This document shows, piece by piece, positions 63,416-64,000 of a stretch of 64,000 nt of DNA. Every line of letters starts with the position of its first letter. Position 1 is the first letter of the stretch. Location: assembly GCA_910584255.1 (NCBI GenBank), contig CAJTXV010000005.1, positions 5,700 through 69,699 of the forward strand, given 5' to 3'. The DNA is from an uncultured Bacilli bacterium (GTDB lineage Bacteria > Bacillota_I > Bacilli_A > RF39 > UBA660). The position numbers were made by a program, and so were the translations under genes. The notes under the pieces were generated by a model, which searched no databases, was not told where the DNA came from, and worked only from the letters and a program-made list of their open reading frames with translations.

Positions 63416-64000
63416 TTATTTTTTTTCAAACATTGTTCTTGAAGATATTTTCTTTTGGTATGATCTTACAGGAACGCCATCAATTTTTGCACCTTCTGGA
63501 ATACCAATTTCTTTTCCAGTTTTATATTTAACAAAATCTTCTATATTTTCATCAACCAAGTTAATCAATTCAAAAGGAACACCAATTTGTTTTGCAAGCA
63601 AATTTCTTGTGGCATCACTTAATTGGTAACCATTCATTTGTGTTCTTGGTTCGCCAAATACAATTAGTTCATCTATTTCGGCATCATCAAAATAACTTCC
63701 GTTTCTTAAACTTTGAATATCCTCTTCCTTGTTAGCAAATGACCATTGTAATGACAAAGTTCCCTCATCATCATCTTTTGTTGTATAAAATACAGTTGGA
63801 TCTCCATATTGTTCACTCAATACCTCATAAAAACTACTTAAAGCTGCTAATTTCTCCCCCATAGAATTATTGTGTGGATAGAATGAACCAATTCCAATTC
63901 TTAGAAATCCTTCCTTACAAAACTTATAGTAAAACGGTAATCCTTCTTCAAATAGATAATCTAATTCACTATGTGGATCTCTATAATGAGAAAAATATTT
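63416..64000 (-). CDS. Hypothetical protein, 5' end beyond the window edge
   Basis: ORF 63416..63862 stays open in-frame upstream to nt 64000 (…KYFSHYRDPHSELDYLFEEGLPFYYKFCKEGFLRIGIGSFYPHNNSMGEKLAAL…). Confidence 0.5.
   Translation of the reverse strand, partial: KYFSHYRDPHSELDYLFEEGLPFYYKFCKEGFLRIGIGSFYPHNNSMGEKLAALSSFYEVLSEQYGDPTVFYTTKDDDEGTLSLQWSFANKEEDIQSLRNGSYFDDAEIDELIVFGEPRTQMNGYQLSDATRNLLAKQIGVPFELINLVDENIEDFVKYKTGKEIGIPEGAKIDGVPVRSYQKKISSRTMFEKK

Overview
This is a low-GC (~30 %) Bacillota (Firmicutes) chromosomal window. B. subtilis-like synteny (ylbD/E/F-rsmD, parE-parC, tkt-sirA-yneF, xerD-deoB) together with SpoIIM-like and SirA-like genes suggests an endospore-forming lineage. 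Genetic code 11 applies.

Left half, mostly + strand:
- A giant cadherin-like-repeat surface protein ending in a type-I dockerin (5' partial).
- ldh.
- Two orphan type-IV-pilin-like genes, one 936 aa and modular.
- A CIRCE/HrcA-controlled heat-shock operon, hrcA-grpE-dnaK-[terminator]-pepF-dnaJ.

The most striking structural feature is a perfect 8,396-bp tandem duplication (14440..22835 and 22836..31231). It carries GNAT, a 393-aa hypothetical, an ABC exporter, an LRR protein, rarA, xerD and deoB. The junction lies inside dnaJ/LMW-PTP and leaves a truncated PTP and a dnaJ tail fragment.

Gene orientation flips at ~31.5-33 kb, from converging + genes to - genes. The switch sits next to a 730-bp non-coding stretch, which is consistent with a replication-terminus-like region.

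Right half, mostly - strand:
- mnmA.
- A membrane-bound XRE regulator, two secreted proteins and a 4-gene ABC transporter locus; one secreted gene is broken by a 17-bp tandem duplication.
- SpoIIM-like and LRR genes, then rsmD, parC/parE with an inserted small ORF, a PMM/PGM-family gene, yneF, a SirA-like gene and tkt.
- A cadherin/Big_2 surface protein.
- A decayed accessory or mobile region at 55-64 kb. It holds multi-frameshift pseudogenes, a lipoprotein gene interrupted at a poly-T9 tract and a 12-bp-periodic iteron-like repeat array. It also holds a candidate small hydrophobic toxin-like peptide flanked by AGTACT repeats, and a large serine recombinase split by an in-frame TAA.

No rRNA, tRNA or CRISPR arrays were seen.
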